NCBI RefSeq assembly: GCF_006345805.1
Contig: NC_042999.1
Span: 119,288,001-119,352,000 of the forward strand
Direction of reading: 5' to 3'
From: Octopus sinensis
Lineage: Eukaryota
DNA: 64,000 bases
In this document: positions 10,501 through 22,104 of the stretch, piece by piece
Layout: every line of letters starts with the position of its first letter
Position numbering within the stretch: the stretch's first letter is position 1
Notes under the pieces: generated by a model
What the model was told of the DNA's origin: nothing
Database searches by the model: none
What the model saw: the letters and a program-made list of their open reading frames with translations, nothing else
Position numbers and translations under genes: made by a program

Positions 10501-13285
10501 TGTATAGAAGGTGGTAGAGGCCTTATACAGCTGGAAAACTACTATAAAATAACCACCATAGGATTGCAAAAATATCTACTTCAGAAGGAAGGAAAACTGA
10601 TACAAATAGCGGCAAAACACAAGCAAAACAAAAATCTGTTCTCAGTATTTAAGGAAGCTGACAAATACAAACAAGAAATCATACCACCTAACAAATATGA
10701 AGATGATGAAGAAACAACAAAAGCTATAAAACAAATGAAATCCAAACTAAAAATGGAACAGCAAAGAACCATGATAAAACGATGGCAAGAAAAGCCCCTT
10801 CATGGTAAATACTGGACTAAACTAAATGCAAAAGAAATAGACAAAGAAAAATCCCAGCAATGGTTGAGAAGCTCAGGACTCAAAGCAGAGACAGAGGGAT
10901 TTTTAATTGCAGCACAAGACCAAAGCCTCTCCACCAGAAATTACCAAAAATATGTAATGAAAAAAATATAACAAGTAACTGCAGAATATGTGGAGATGGA
11001 CAAGAAACAATAAATCATATTATCTCTGGCTGCCCAGTCCTGGCTAAGAAGGAATATATTCACAGACATGACAGAGTTGGAACCTACATACACTGGAAGC
11101 TATGCCAACATTATGGAATAACAACAGAAAAAAGATGGTATAGGCACACACCAGAAAAGGTCACAGAAAACGAGAAAGCAACCATACTCTGGGATATGCC
11201 GATACACACAGATAGAGAAATTAATGCTAACAGACCAGATATAGTTGTCAGAGATCATGAAGAAAAAAAATGCTTTCTAATTGATGTATCAATACCGGCA
11301 GATGACGTGTCTCTAAAAGAAATGGAGAAACTTTCAAAATACAAAACCTGGAAATATAGGTAACCAGAATGTGGAATCTAAAAACAGAAACATCATCATC
11401 ATCATTGTTCGACAGTGGTCGAGACAATGGAATTTACTATGTTACGCCAGACTTCACGGTCCATCATAGCATTACGGAGGTCCTGTTGCTGGATGCCTGT
11501 ATCCCTGGAGATTACATCAGGGTAGGAGAGTGTGCGCCCTCTGGTATTGCGAGTAGATGGCTTCCAGAGGAGAAGAGTAGAAATTACTTCTTTTTCAGCT
11601 CTACAACAATGTCCAGCAACCTGGACTCTCCTACCTTTCACAAGAGATGACACAGGTGGTAGTTTCCCATATATTTGCATTTTGGTTGGATGGCGCTTCC
11701 ACGAGAGATTTTGAGCTCTCATAAGGAGGCGAGTGTAGGTTCCATCCAACCGCCTCTCAAGCTTCTTTGATAACATCCAGGTTTCTGAGCCATATAGTAG
11801 AATTGGTTCGACTGTGGCTTTGAATATTTCAAGTTTGAAGCCTCTACTTAGATTTGATGACCAGATCTTATGCATGTCATTACAGGCTGACCAGGCCATA
11901 CCCTTTCTAGTTAGAAAGTCTTTTCCAGATGATGATATGTATGACCCAAGATACTTATAATCAGAAACCATATTTAAAGGCGCACTGTTGAGAGTATGGA
12001 TGATGCAATCACTGTTGGACAGGCACTTGTTTATGTATTCAGTTTTGGCCTCATTGAGGTAAAGACCTACACAATTTGAGGCTTGTTTAAGAGATTGTAA
12101 AAGAGACTGGGCATTGGAGAGAGAATCACTGATAAGAGCGATGTTGTCAGCAAAGTCAGTGTCTGTCAAGTACTCAGCTGGGTGTCTGGAACTTCTTGGT
12201 TTTATTTCAAAGCCCTTGCCAGAGATGGTATCAACTGACATACGTAGCACATAATCAACAACAATGATGAAAAGAAATGGGGCGAGTGTGTCTCATCAAG
12301 ATTCTTCCTGGCAGCTATGAGTTGGATCTTCAGTGACTGGGATGGAGAACGGTGGTAAGCTAGTGATATAGACTTTAGATGGTTTCTGGCTTCGATGACA
12401 TTTGGGGAATTAGAAGGTTTGCTCTGGCCCCTACTCTTCTTTTTGGGAAGAGTAGCCAGTGCAACTTCCTCTGTTGATTTGATGAGGCTGCTGTATACTT
12501 CTTCAATGTTCTCAGCATCTATTTCAGAAGTAGACAGAGATTGAAATGTGTTATAGACCTCAATAGTAAATTGTTTGGACATATCGGGGTTAGATAAGAC
12601 TTCCTCCCAGTCGATCATTTTGATCGGGTGAGGCTTAGTTTTTTTGGATGAGCGAAGACTAAGCTTAACGGTAGCTGATACAATTCTGTGGTCAGAGCTG
12701 ACAGAACTAAAGGAAGAGTAGGATCTCGAGTCTTTAACACTATTGCGCCATTTCTTTCGAAAGATGAAGTAGTCAATTTGTGCCCTATCACCAAGTGGGG
12801 ACTCAAATGTCCAAAGTTGACCTTTTGGTTTCATAAAAGAATTGTTAGAGGTGTAGAGATTAAATTCCTCCAAGAAGTCTTTGAGCATTTCTCCGTTCCG
12901 ATTAGTTTTAGAGTTGAAAGTAAACTTGGTCTCATCGGGTCCTAGTCTAGCATTCAGATCACCAGCTATAACTAGAAAATTATGGACAGGTACTTGCTCA
13001 ATGGTTGAACGAAGGGTTGTATAAAAACAGAAACACTCCCTATCATAGTAGGTGCATTAGGCATGATAAAAAAATATTCAGACAAATACATAACAAAAAC
13101 ACCAGGACTTACAAACACATATAACATACAGAAAATTGCACTACTAGGCACTGCACACATCCTATGCAGAACACTTTCCATACAATAACCATCAGAGCAT
13201 CACAACAAATCACAGCACATACCCAAGGCACACAGAGCTGCGCTCAGTAGTGAAGTGAAAGCACGCTATAAAAATAAAACTACTG
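7561..13285 (+). mobile_element. Near-full-length R4/Dong-clade non-LTR retrotransposon, disabled and interrupted at 11393-13021
   Basis: About 300-bp 5'UTR; N-terminal KWTREEY motif (7859 ORF); RIRRYEKR..FNSNPKKFY (8491 ORF); RT with YRPITCLP, IFQGDTLSP and YMDD at 10000-10011; CRICGDGQETINHIISGC; RPDIVV...LIDVSIP...EKLSKY; the C-terminus resumes at 13022 (KTETLPIIVGALG...HILCRTLSIQ*). Frameshifts near 8490, 10965 and 11345, TGA at 9175. Flanked by (TAA)n. Confidence 0.93.
11393..13021 (-). mobile_element. 5'-truncated, internally deleted APE-RT LINE (RTE group; RTE-X/Proto2-like assignment uncertain)
   Basis: APE motifs VIAGDLNARLG, TNRNGEML, AQIDY, SSDHRIV; RT C-half TLAPFLF..DY..TDTDFADNIAL..YKYLGS..LLYGSETW..WKRHPTK..AGHC; (GAT)n tail at 11393-11404; 14-bp TSD TAAAAACAGAAACA at 11379-11392 and 13022-13035. 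Confidence 0.9.
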
Positions 13286-13306
13286 AATAATAATAATAAT
13301 AATAAT

Positions 13307-13725
13307 AGGTATAGGAATGGCTATATGGTAAGTAGCTTGCTTATGAACCACATAGTTCTGAGTTCAGTCCCACTGCATGGCACCTTGAACAAGTGTCTTC
13401 TACTATAGCCTCGGGCCGACCAAAGCCTTGTGAGTGGATTTGGTAGACAGAAACTGAAAGAAGCCCATTGTGTATATATATATATAAGTGTATGTGTGTG
13501 TATATGTTTGTGTGTCTGTGTTTGTCCCCCTTAACATCGCTTGACAACCGATGCTGGTGTGTTTACATCTCCGTAACTTACTGATTCAGCAAAAGAGACT
13601 GATAGAATAAGTACTAGGCTTACAAAGAATAAATCCTGGGGTCAATTTGTTTGACTAAAGGCAGTGCTCTTGCATGGCCACAGTCAAATGACTAAAACAA
13701 GTAAAAGAGAGTAATGAGTAAAAAG
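13307..13725 (+). mobile_element. tRNA-derived SINE family 2 (CORE-like domain, internal TA/TG microsatellite)
   Basis: ggtaagtagcttgctt...gagttcagtcccactg...gcaccttgaacaagtgtcttctactatagcc...(TA/TG)n...gcttgacaaccgatgctggtgtgttt...gtcaaatgactaaaacaagtaaaaga; about 9 copies in the window. Confidence 0.85.
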
Positions 13726-13751
13726 AATAATAATAATAATAATAATAATAA

Positions 13752-14356
13752 TTGTCCTGATGCAGTATCAATGCCCTGATGCAGCATCAGTGCCCTGATG
13801 CAGGATAAATGCCTTGATGCCATATCAGGCAGTGGCTCACATGGCTTCTGTTCTTAACTGATTGGAAGTGTTATCATGTATATTGGTATAAAAGATGAGC
13901 TACATCAAATATTCTGCTCAATACCACAAATTTGTTTGCCAGTTGTTTGATTTTAACCAGTTGAGCATGTCCCTTAGTGGCTGATGATATGTGCATCTCT
14001 GATCATGAGCAGAAGTAGTGGGGGAACATCATAGTCATGTGTTGAGAGGGATTCTTTAGGGTTTGATTAATTCACCTCTGGGAACATGGGTGTTTCGTTC
14101 AACATCCTTAAACAACCTTTATTCAGGGACCTTTTAAGCAGGATGGGCTACTCGACCAGAAGAAAATTCTAACTGGGCCCCACCTGCAAGGTCATGTACT
14201 GTCTATCTTGATATGAGATCACCATGTCACACACATATGGTTGTGATGCATGTGCTTAGTGTACCCTTATCAGATGGGTAGTCATGATGGGTATACTGGG
14301 CTTTGTATATTTTACCCCAGTGTCACTTTGATGGCATGCACTGCTCTCTCACTCAG
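13752..14356. mobile_element. Unclassified 605-bp non-coding element between (TAA)n runs
   Basis: Higher GC than its flanks, sharp TAA boundaries, four 19-bp tandem units (gccctgatgcagcatcagt-like) at the left end, no ORF; recalled as a common Octopus repeat. Confidence 0.5.
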
Positions 14357-14589
14357 TAATAATAATAATAATATTAATATTAATGGCGACAAGGGCACAA
14401 GATGTGGAGGACTATATTGAAGGATGGGTTACAGCACAAAAAACAAACACAAACAAAATAAAAAATAAAAAAATAAAAGCAGGTGGAGTTTACATCAATC
14501 AAAGAAAGATACTACCGCATTAAGGGATATAACAGAGGATATATTATAGAAATTAGTAAAATGAATAAATAAATAAATAACAACAACAA

Positions 14590-16150
14590 TAATAAACCTT
14601 CAAATTCAGTCATATTAGATGCTGACACAGCTATAAAAGTAGGTGAGCAGGAACAAACCTATAAATACCTAAGAATAAATGAAGGCTCTGGCATTCAGCA
14701 TGCAAGCATGAAAGAAAGGATCAAATAGGAATATTATAGGAAAGTTCAAGCAGTTCTTTGATGTGAGCTAAATGCACATAACAAGGTGCTAGCCATAAAT
14801 TCTTCAGCAGTTCCAGTTGTTACTTGTAATTTCTATGTATTGAACTTAGAATATCAGTGAAATAAAGAAAACAGATAAGGAATTCCATGCACGACCCAAA
14901 GGCAGAGGTGGATCATATTTACCATCTCAGGACACAAGGAGGTTAAAGCTTGATCCAGTTTGAACTTTCTGACAAAACTACTACAATTTGACAGGCCAAA
15001 TATCTTGAAACAACTTACAACTGGATGCTAAAACTGGATGCTATCTTGAGGGAGAACAAAGAATTGCTATTGATTTTATAAATGACACCCAAGCTGAACA
15101 ACCTGAAGGAAGTATAGCAACTGTTGTTGCAAAAAAGGTAAAACTAATGACAAAGAAAACAAACCACATGAACACTTGGCTGATCGGCGGGAGCAGAAAC
15201 TTCTGCATGGTGAATATGTGAACCATAGCAAACAAGCTGATGTTGACCAGAAGTACACCCAACAGTGTATACGAAGCTAAAGGCAGAGAGGGCAAGCTTC
15301 ATCAGAACAAATGTTGTTCTGATCAATTTGGAATAATCTATTTTGCCTATATTGCTGCTCAAGATCAAAGCTTATTGACCTGGAACTACCAAGCCAATGC
15401 AATGAAAAATGGAATAGATCCAAAGTGATGATTCTGCAATGATGTGATTGATACAGTAGACCACTTTATCTCTGGAGTTAAAGTCTTGGCACAAGTAGAT
15501 TATAAATGAAGACATGACAGAGTTGGCCAGTATGTACACTGGTTAAAATGTTGGCATTATAAAATAAAAACTGTTGACAAGTGGTGTAAGCATCACTCAG
15601 AGGCTGTAACTGAGTGAGAAAATGTAATGATACTTTGGGACTTTCCAGCACATACAAATAAAACCATCAAAGTTGATAAACAGGATATTGTTGTAAAAGA
15701 CCAAAATAGTAAAGTTTGTTTGTTGATTGACATGAGCATCCCTTGTAATCATAATATTATGGTAAAAGAATTTGACAAGCTCAGAAAATATAAAGATTTA
15801 TTCACTGAAATTGAGAAAACACCATCTCAAGGTGGTTACAATAACTCTTGGAATGATAAAAACAGAACAGAAAATTATTTTAGAATGATTCCTTATTTAC
15901 CATCCCTGTAAGAAGTATAAAAGCTCGTTTTAACTAGTACATCACACATATTGAGAAGAGCATTGTTGCTGTGAGAATGATTATCACCCACATAATTTTT
16001 TTCTCATAAATACATTTGAATTTGTAAATGGAAATTCTGGTGTGTTTATTTTAATGGCCTATCAATGTATACAGTGAGTTTCTTTCCCACAGGAGATGGG
16101 CTGACTCTCAGCAAAATATGGAAACAAGATTGAGAGAAGAAAAACTCATA
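14590..16150 (+). mobile_element. Heavily degraded R4/Dong LINE (RT C-half to 3'UTR)
   Basis: EQEQTYKYLRINEGSGIQHASMKERIK*EYYRKV..ELNAHNK..AINS; IAAQDQSL; MILWDFPAHTNKTIKVDKQDIVVKD..CLLIDMSIP; ends at a TAA run near 16149. Confidence 0.85.
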
Positions 16151-16415
16151 ATAATGATAAAGTTCATAGACATTTCAATACCATTTACTAATAGAGTGGA
16201 TATTAAAGAAGTAGAGAAAATCAAGAAATATAAGTAAGATGAAGAGATTGTGGAAGTCAAAGCTTAAAATCGTTCCTATTTTAATTGGTGCGATTGGCAC
16301 AACATCCAAATTGCTACAAGAATCCTTAGAAAGATTCTTGAGATTTGAGATTAGTTCTCACCAAACTGCAGGATAACATCCTTGCTTATAAAATTAGCAT
16401 GTGACCACTGTTAAC
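16150..16415 (+). mobile_element. R4/Dong REL C-terminal fragment
   Basis: FIDISIPFTNRVDIKEVEKIKKYK...LWKSKLKIVPILIGAIGT. Confidence 0.7.
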
Positions 16416-16459
16416 TAATGATGATGATGATGAGGACAACGACGACGACAATGTATTAA

Positions 16460-17905
16460 ACTGTTCTGCTAGTCTTTTATGCCATTCTGTCAGCTTTTTT
16501 ATCAAGTGCCCTTGAACATTGTCAGGTCCCGCTGCTTCCCAATTACTCATCTTCTTAACTTAGTTGTCACAAATTTCCTTATTTCTTCATGTTGTGGATA
16601 AGAAACAGACACCTTCAGCTTTTGTAGCCACTCAGCCGCAGTGTTATGCTATTCTTTCTTATTCCTTTCAGAATATACGACTTTCTTCTGCTTGTAGTAT
16701 AGTCAGTCCTTTCATGTTTTTTCTCCACTTATTTCTTGATAAAATTTGTTCTGATCAATTTGGAATAATCTATTTTGCCTATATTGCTTCACTCTTTGAT
16801 CATATCTTGTTAATTTTCCTCTCTTTGCCAAAATCTACTATTTTAGTTCTTCAATTACAACATTCAGCCCTTTTCTGTCAATACTATATTTTTTCTTCAA
16901 TCTGTCATATTTATAAACATTCTTAAGCTCATCTTTCTCTTTCTTTCCAGTACCAATACATTAACAGCAAGCTTACCTATATCTCCTGCTATTCTTGTCC
17001 TCTATTGGTGTTTGCTTTGTGAATTTCTCAGACTGTTTATTCTCTCATTGAATTTTAGCCTAAACTGTTCTGCAACAGCTCTACTAACTACCTCGATAAA
17101 CCTATTGGTTTCTGTTATGCTGCTTGTTTGTAAGTGCTGCAACATTTTATTAACATCCATTGTTTCTTGGTTCAATTTCCATTGATTAGCTTTTAAAGAC
17201 ACATATACATTGTATATGTTGGGCATTTACTAGCTCTAACACATTAATTTATTAGTTGATCACCTGCAGTCAGCACATTGCTTGTATCTGTATTCTTATT
17301 TCTTTACTGCCCACAAGGGGCTACACACAGAGGGGATGAACAAGGACAAACAAATAGATTAAGTCGATTATATCGACCCCAGTGCGTAACTGGTACTTAT
17401 TTAATCGACCCCGAAAGGATGAAAGGCAAAGTCAACCTTGGCGGAATTTGAACTCAGAATGTAGCGGCAGACGAAATACCGTTAAGCATTTCGCCCGTGT
17501 GCTAACATTTCTACCAGCTCACTGCCTTTTGTATCTGTATTCTTTTGATGAAAAAAGATATTTAATGTCATCAATTTCTCCATTTGCTATCATTTCAGAC
17601 ACTTTATTTTGAACAGTATCATCCAGGTCCACTATTTCTAATTCATTCTCCTGCACCTCATCTTTCTTGCCAGTATTATGCTAAACACTTTCATTAATTT
17701 GTCTCTTGATAGCTTCAAGTTCAAGACCAGATAACCATCCATTCTTTTGAATTATTCTTGCCTGTCACAAATCCTCTGGTCTGTACTTTCAAATAATCTT
17801 CACCATTTCTGTTCACTATACATTCTCTGTCAAGCGACCCTTATAAGAAATTCATTTTCATTTACTGGGTTACTCAAATTGTAGCACTCCATGATGACAA
17901 TGTTT
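16460..17905 (-). mobile_element. Degraded R4/Dong N-terminal region, interrupted by a SINE
   Basis: Minus strand: IVIMECYNLS...RIIQKNGWLSGLELEAIKRQI; SLKANQWKLNQETMDVNKMLQHLQTSSITETN; [19 protein letters not shown]. Confidence 0.8.
17293..17527 (-). mobile_element. Full-length SINE family 1 (variant A), young
   Basis: Near-consensus copy: cccacaaggggctacacacagagggg...gtcgattatatcgaccccagtgcgtaactggtac...cggcagacgaaataccg. Confidence 0.9.
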
Positions 17906-17974
17906 ATCTGTATACTCCACTTCAACTGCTTTTTGTCCATTAGTTATCTTAAGTGGATTATTATGTATGTGTTT

Positions 17975-18197
17975 ATTGAGCGAAAACACCTAAAAGCTCC
18001 ACAAGGCTCCGGCAGCGGGTGGTGGTGACCCCTGTTATACTCTTTTGCCACAACTTTCTCTCACTCTCGCTTCCTGTTTCTTGTGTAATGCTGTGATGGA
18101 CTAGCGTCTTGTCCAGCTGGGAGGAACACATATGCCACAGAAACCGGGAAACCGGGCCCATGAGCCTGGCTAGGCTTGAAAAGGGCGCATAAAAAAA
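17975..18197 (+). mobile_element. SINE-like family 4 with Nin/Deu-like domain
   Basis: gctgtgatggactagcgtcttgtccagctggg...atgccacagaaaccggg resembles the Nin/Deu SINE domain (from memory); A-rich end; single copy here. Confidence 0.5.
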
Positions 18198-18219
18198 TTA
18201 TCAATTGAAGGAAAGAGGA

Positions 18220-18520
18220 GTTACAGGCATGAAAATCAAGTAAACTACAAACAATGCATTAAGCAGTTCACTCAAAGAGTGATACTGAGTGGATGTATCT
18301 AAACAGGCACAAAAGTGGGGTGAGGTTAATCAAATGCTGGAGTTGTATATGCTTAGAAGAAAATAGCTTACAGTTACATCAAAAGTGCTATAGAACCCTT
18401 GTTGGTTTACTTGAGAATAACTGGTATAGTTAAGGCAGATACTTGCATAAAAACTGAGGAGTACAAAAGAAAACTGAGTAAAGAAGACAAAAGAAAATGG
18501 AATAGAGAAAAAGAACTGTT
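18220..18520 (+). mobile_element. R4/Dong RT C-terminal relic
   Basis: SDTEWMYLNRHKSG..LIKCWSCICLEENSL..YIKSAIEPLL...KRKWNREK resembles SDVDRLYL.R..GGRGLI. Confidence 0.55.
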
Positions 18521-19769
18521 TTTGCTGTGTAGTTTCTACTGGAGGATTTTCATGATAAAGATTACAAAGAATTTCCTAACAGCTTTGGCCTGGCAGTGCT
18601 GTAGGAGTCTAACTTGTATGGAGTAAATTCTACATGCATGGTTGTGGTAGAAAATTACACAGCCAGCAACTAAACCAGTTTGAGATGCATGCAGGGTGAT
18701 TAGAACTCTCTGGTACACACTTGTTCTGTGTCTGTACCGCTGCTATCAGGTTTATGTCAGTCAACTACTGTCAAATGTTGTGGGAGACATCTGACTCTCA
18801 GCTGAATCTGTTGGGATGATTGATCCACCAGTTTCTTTTGTCAAGTAAGAACAGATTGCTTTTCTCTCTTTGGGAGCTATAATAAAACAAGTTATGAGAT
18901 GGGTATACTTGAAAGTTTTGAGAACAGAACTTTTCTACACAAACTAAGCCCAATCTTGTCAAGTGCCACTTGAAGTAGGAGTTAAGGACAGAGAGAGATG
19001 AATCACTCCTCAGTAAATTTTAAGAAAGATAAATGAGAGAGTTGGAATTAGTATGGCTATATGGGACCACACTAGCTATGCAATCAAGGTTGGCAGTATG
19101 AATTGGGAGATGGTTCTTGTTTTTGTCACATTAGAATAATCTGAGGTTATCAGTGGTATGTACAACCTCATTATATATGGTTGTCCCCATTCCAGTCTGG
19201 GGAACATTTCTTTTTGTTGTTTCATTATTCATTGCTTTTATTGCTATACATTATTATATATTCCTCTACATGTCTTTATTACTATTGTTGATCTCACCCA
19301 TTTTGCTTTTACTGGTTTTGGTTTGTTGTTTTCTATTCTATTTAGCCTATGTACAGTCTCCAAATTCTTGGATCTCATTGGCCAGTTAGAGAAAATCATC
19401 ATTATCATTGTCATCATCATCATCATCGTCATTGTCATCGATGTTGTCATCATCATCATCATCATCCTGAAGACATTTTCAACAAATTCCTTCAGCACCA
19501 CCAAATGAATTTCTCTGTTCCTAAGATGTGCATATATTGTCTTTTGGGGGATACAATATTGTGTTTAGTGCTACATCTGTTTCATACTCCTGTGAAATTT
19601 GTTTTGTTGTTTTTAGTGTTATTCAATATTTTTCTCTATTGTATGTGCAATGTAAATTGCATTATTTTGTTTGGTTGATATCTGCATTCTGTATAATCTG
19701 TATGTTATGCATTTTAGTGCCAGACAACAATTATGTAAAGTATGTACTTTATGGCTTGCTTTAACATTA

Positions 19770-20200
19770 TCAGGAGGTAACTGAATAGGACTTTAGTTGT
19801 TTGAATTACATGAGTTCCAACACATTGATTATATAAATATCGTGCATGTGTTGTTCGAGTGATTGTGAATGTGCAGAGTACATGTGATGCCTGTTGTATT
19901 ACATATATTGTTTGATGGTGGTTCTATAGAGTATTGGCTGTGATATTTTTATAGGAAGGCGATTGTATAGAGGTATGTGTTATGTTCAGAAAGTGTGATG
20001 CTTGATTTGTGCCATTGAACTGAAAGTGTTATTCTGAGAAGCGGGCTCTGCTTAGCAGGGCTAGCTTTTGAAGTGTGTGTCATGTGTTGAGTCTCCTGTA
20101 TGGCCTTTTGTGTTGTGATTTATATCCTTTTTTTTATGATATCCAGTGCTCCATTACTAGCACTGTTTTCACTTCTATGTCTCCCTCATGCCATGCATAT
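19770..20200 (-). mobile_element. Possible Penelope-like RT relic
   Basis: Only CAGAATAACACTTTCAGTTCAATGGCACAAAT (about NN.FQFNGT) is recognisable, across a frameshift. Confidence 0.25.
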
Positions 20201-20299
20201 TTCAATTTCAAAATGCTAGTCCTTCGGCATTTTCTTTTCTTATTTCTGGTTCATGTCTTGATTAGTAGAGATCAAAATGTCTATTAGAGAACACAAACA

Positions 20300-20985
20300 A
20301 ATTTGTTGTCACACTTGATCATTACATTTATAGATTGTTTTTCTCAATATATTTCTCAATCTGGTCTACTATGTCTTATATGACTGTGGCCAGTTCATTG
20401 TGCTGTACATGTTTATACCACTTCTTATCTATGTTCACTTTCAAGTGTTAGCATGGTGCCTTTTTGATATAATAGTCAACTCAATCATGAATGTGAATAA
20501 GAACTGGGAAACTAAAAATGATGTATTTAATCGACCCATTGTGCTGTTTGCACAGTCTGCACCTAGTAATTATCTGTGACTAGACATTAGTTTTGTACAG
20601 CTTTTAGTCCAAAGCTTTTGAACCATTATCACTTTCATTCTGGTTTGCTTCCTCTCTCTCATATCTTGTTGGGTGTTGACTATGGTGTGAGTTTTATATT
20701 TTCTCTTTAGTTTAAAAAAAATTTCATCTGACATTTGTCCTTTGTTTTTTTAACCTTTACTATTGTTTTGTCCTCGTCTCTTTGTCTTCAGTGTAGTTAG
20801 CTTCTAGCTCATATTTTATTATTTCCTTGTGTGGAGAGAAACATTTATTTTATTTTCTTCATGGTTCCACATAATATTATTCAATTTCCATTTGCTTCCT
20901 TCGATGTATTTTCCAAATTCAACACTTGTTAATTTGTAACAATTCTCTAATTGTATTAGAGCAGCCTGAGATGATGGATAGGTAT
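20300..20985 (-). mobile_element. Degraded R4/Dong relic (RT tail to zinc knuckle)
   Basis: Minus strand: LIQLENCYKLTSVEFGKYI; RCRLCKQHNGSIKYII...HLKVNIDKKWYKHV. Confidence 0.7.
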
Positions 20986-21780
20986 TCTCTATTTCAGATT
21001 TTGGGTCTCAACATTAGAATATTGATAGTAAATTTGGGAGGATTTTCTTTTTCTGGTGCATAAAGTCTATAGGGAGAAATTTTTGCACAAAGACAAAATT
21101 ACACAGTGAATACCTTTAAGAACTTGCTAAGTTGTTTTTGGAAGAGAGTATCTCACAGTACATACCTTTCATGTATTAGCGTGCAGGAACATGCAACTAA
21201 AAATTAATGCACACATCTTTATTGAAATGTGTGTGAGTGCATGTGTATGTAAGTATGTATTAATGTGTAAGGCAGAGTTTCATATATAAATATAATGGGA
21301 TGAAGTACTTCAATTATTTGAAACTATCCTTGTAATTAGAACATAAATCTCCCTCTAGATATATATGAATTCTTAAGCAGCAGCCAGAAGGGATAAATGT
21401 AGGATACTTTTTAAGATGTTTACATCCATCTAATTACAATGTTCTTAATAATTCTATATACATGTATACTTTAACAGTTCAAAGTTTAGGCAAATTAAAT
21501 ATGCTTTCCTGAGGAGTTCTAACAAAAATGAAATTTGTCCATTGCTTTCACTAGTTGATGCTGAATTAAATATCCACTTCTAAATACATTTTCTTTATTT
21601 TGCAAAAATTTCGATTGAAGTTATCTACTTCAGTTGTTTTTAGATTTAAACACCCCTAGAAGCTAATCTCAGTTAATTGAACTTTTTGAACTCACTATAT
21701 TACCCCTCCCTTACACATGCATCACACATACATACACACACACATACACACACAGATACATACATACATACATACATGCA

Positions 21781-21870
<90 letters not shown>

Positions 21871-21910
21871 GCATATATACACATATACATAAATATATAT
21901 ATATATATAT

Positions 21911-22100
21911 TGTTTGTAAAGAACATAAATCCAAAAGAAGAACACTCTAAGGTGTAGAGCAGTATATATTAAAAATAGGGAACACTGATTTATGGGATTA
22001 CCTTAGGTGTTCTGTCCATAAAGGGTTTAGCTTTATGGTGCATTGTCAGATCTCCATAACCTGTTGGCCCAAACCAGCATTCTCCATTTTCAATATATAT
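21911..22100. mobile_element. Inverted-repeat element family A, copy 1 (right arm largely deleted)
   Basis: Shares the head cataaa.cc.aa.aagaag and the hammerhead arm with 33793 and 57298; ccagcattctccattttcaatatata (22074-22099) is a 20/26 match to the reverse complement of the left arm; (TA)n on both sides. Confidence 0.7.
21990..22059 (-). ncRNA. Type I hammerhead ribozyme, degenerate (family A)
   Basis: ttatgg(a)gat CTGACAA tgca ccataaag-ctaaacc-ctttatgg aca GAAC acc-taa-ggt A atcccataa: about 9-bp stem I, perfect 8-bp stem II, 3-bp stem III; core lesions G8A and an extra C. Confidence 0.7.
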
Positions 22101-22104
22101 ATAT

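Noticed and set aside
18520-19130. Possible CR1-like relic on the minus strand
   Set aside because: Only vague similarity (WF, HNHACRIY); no diagnostic motif.
22043-22104. N-terminal extension of the 683-aa CR1 ORF as a chimeric protein
   Set aside because: It starts at a TTG within the family A foldback remnant and crosses a (TA)n run; it is a chance open frame upstream of the truncation point.
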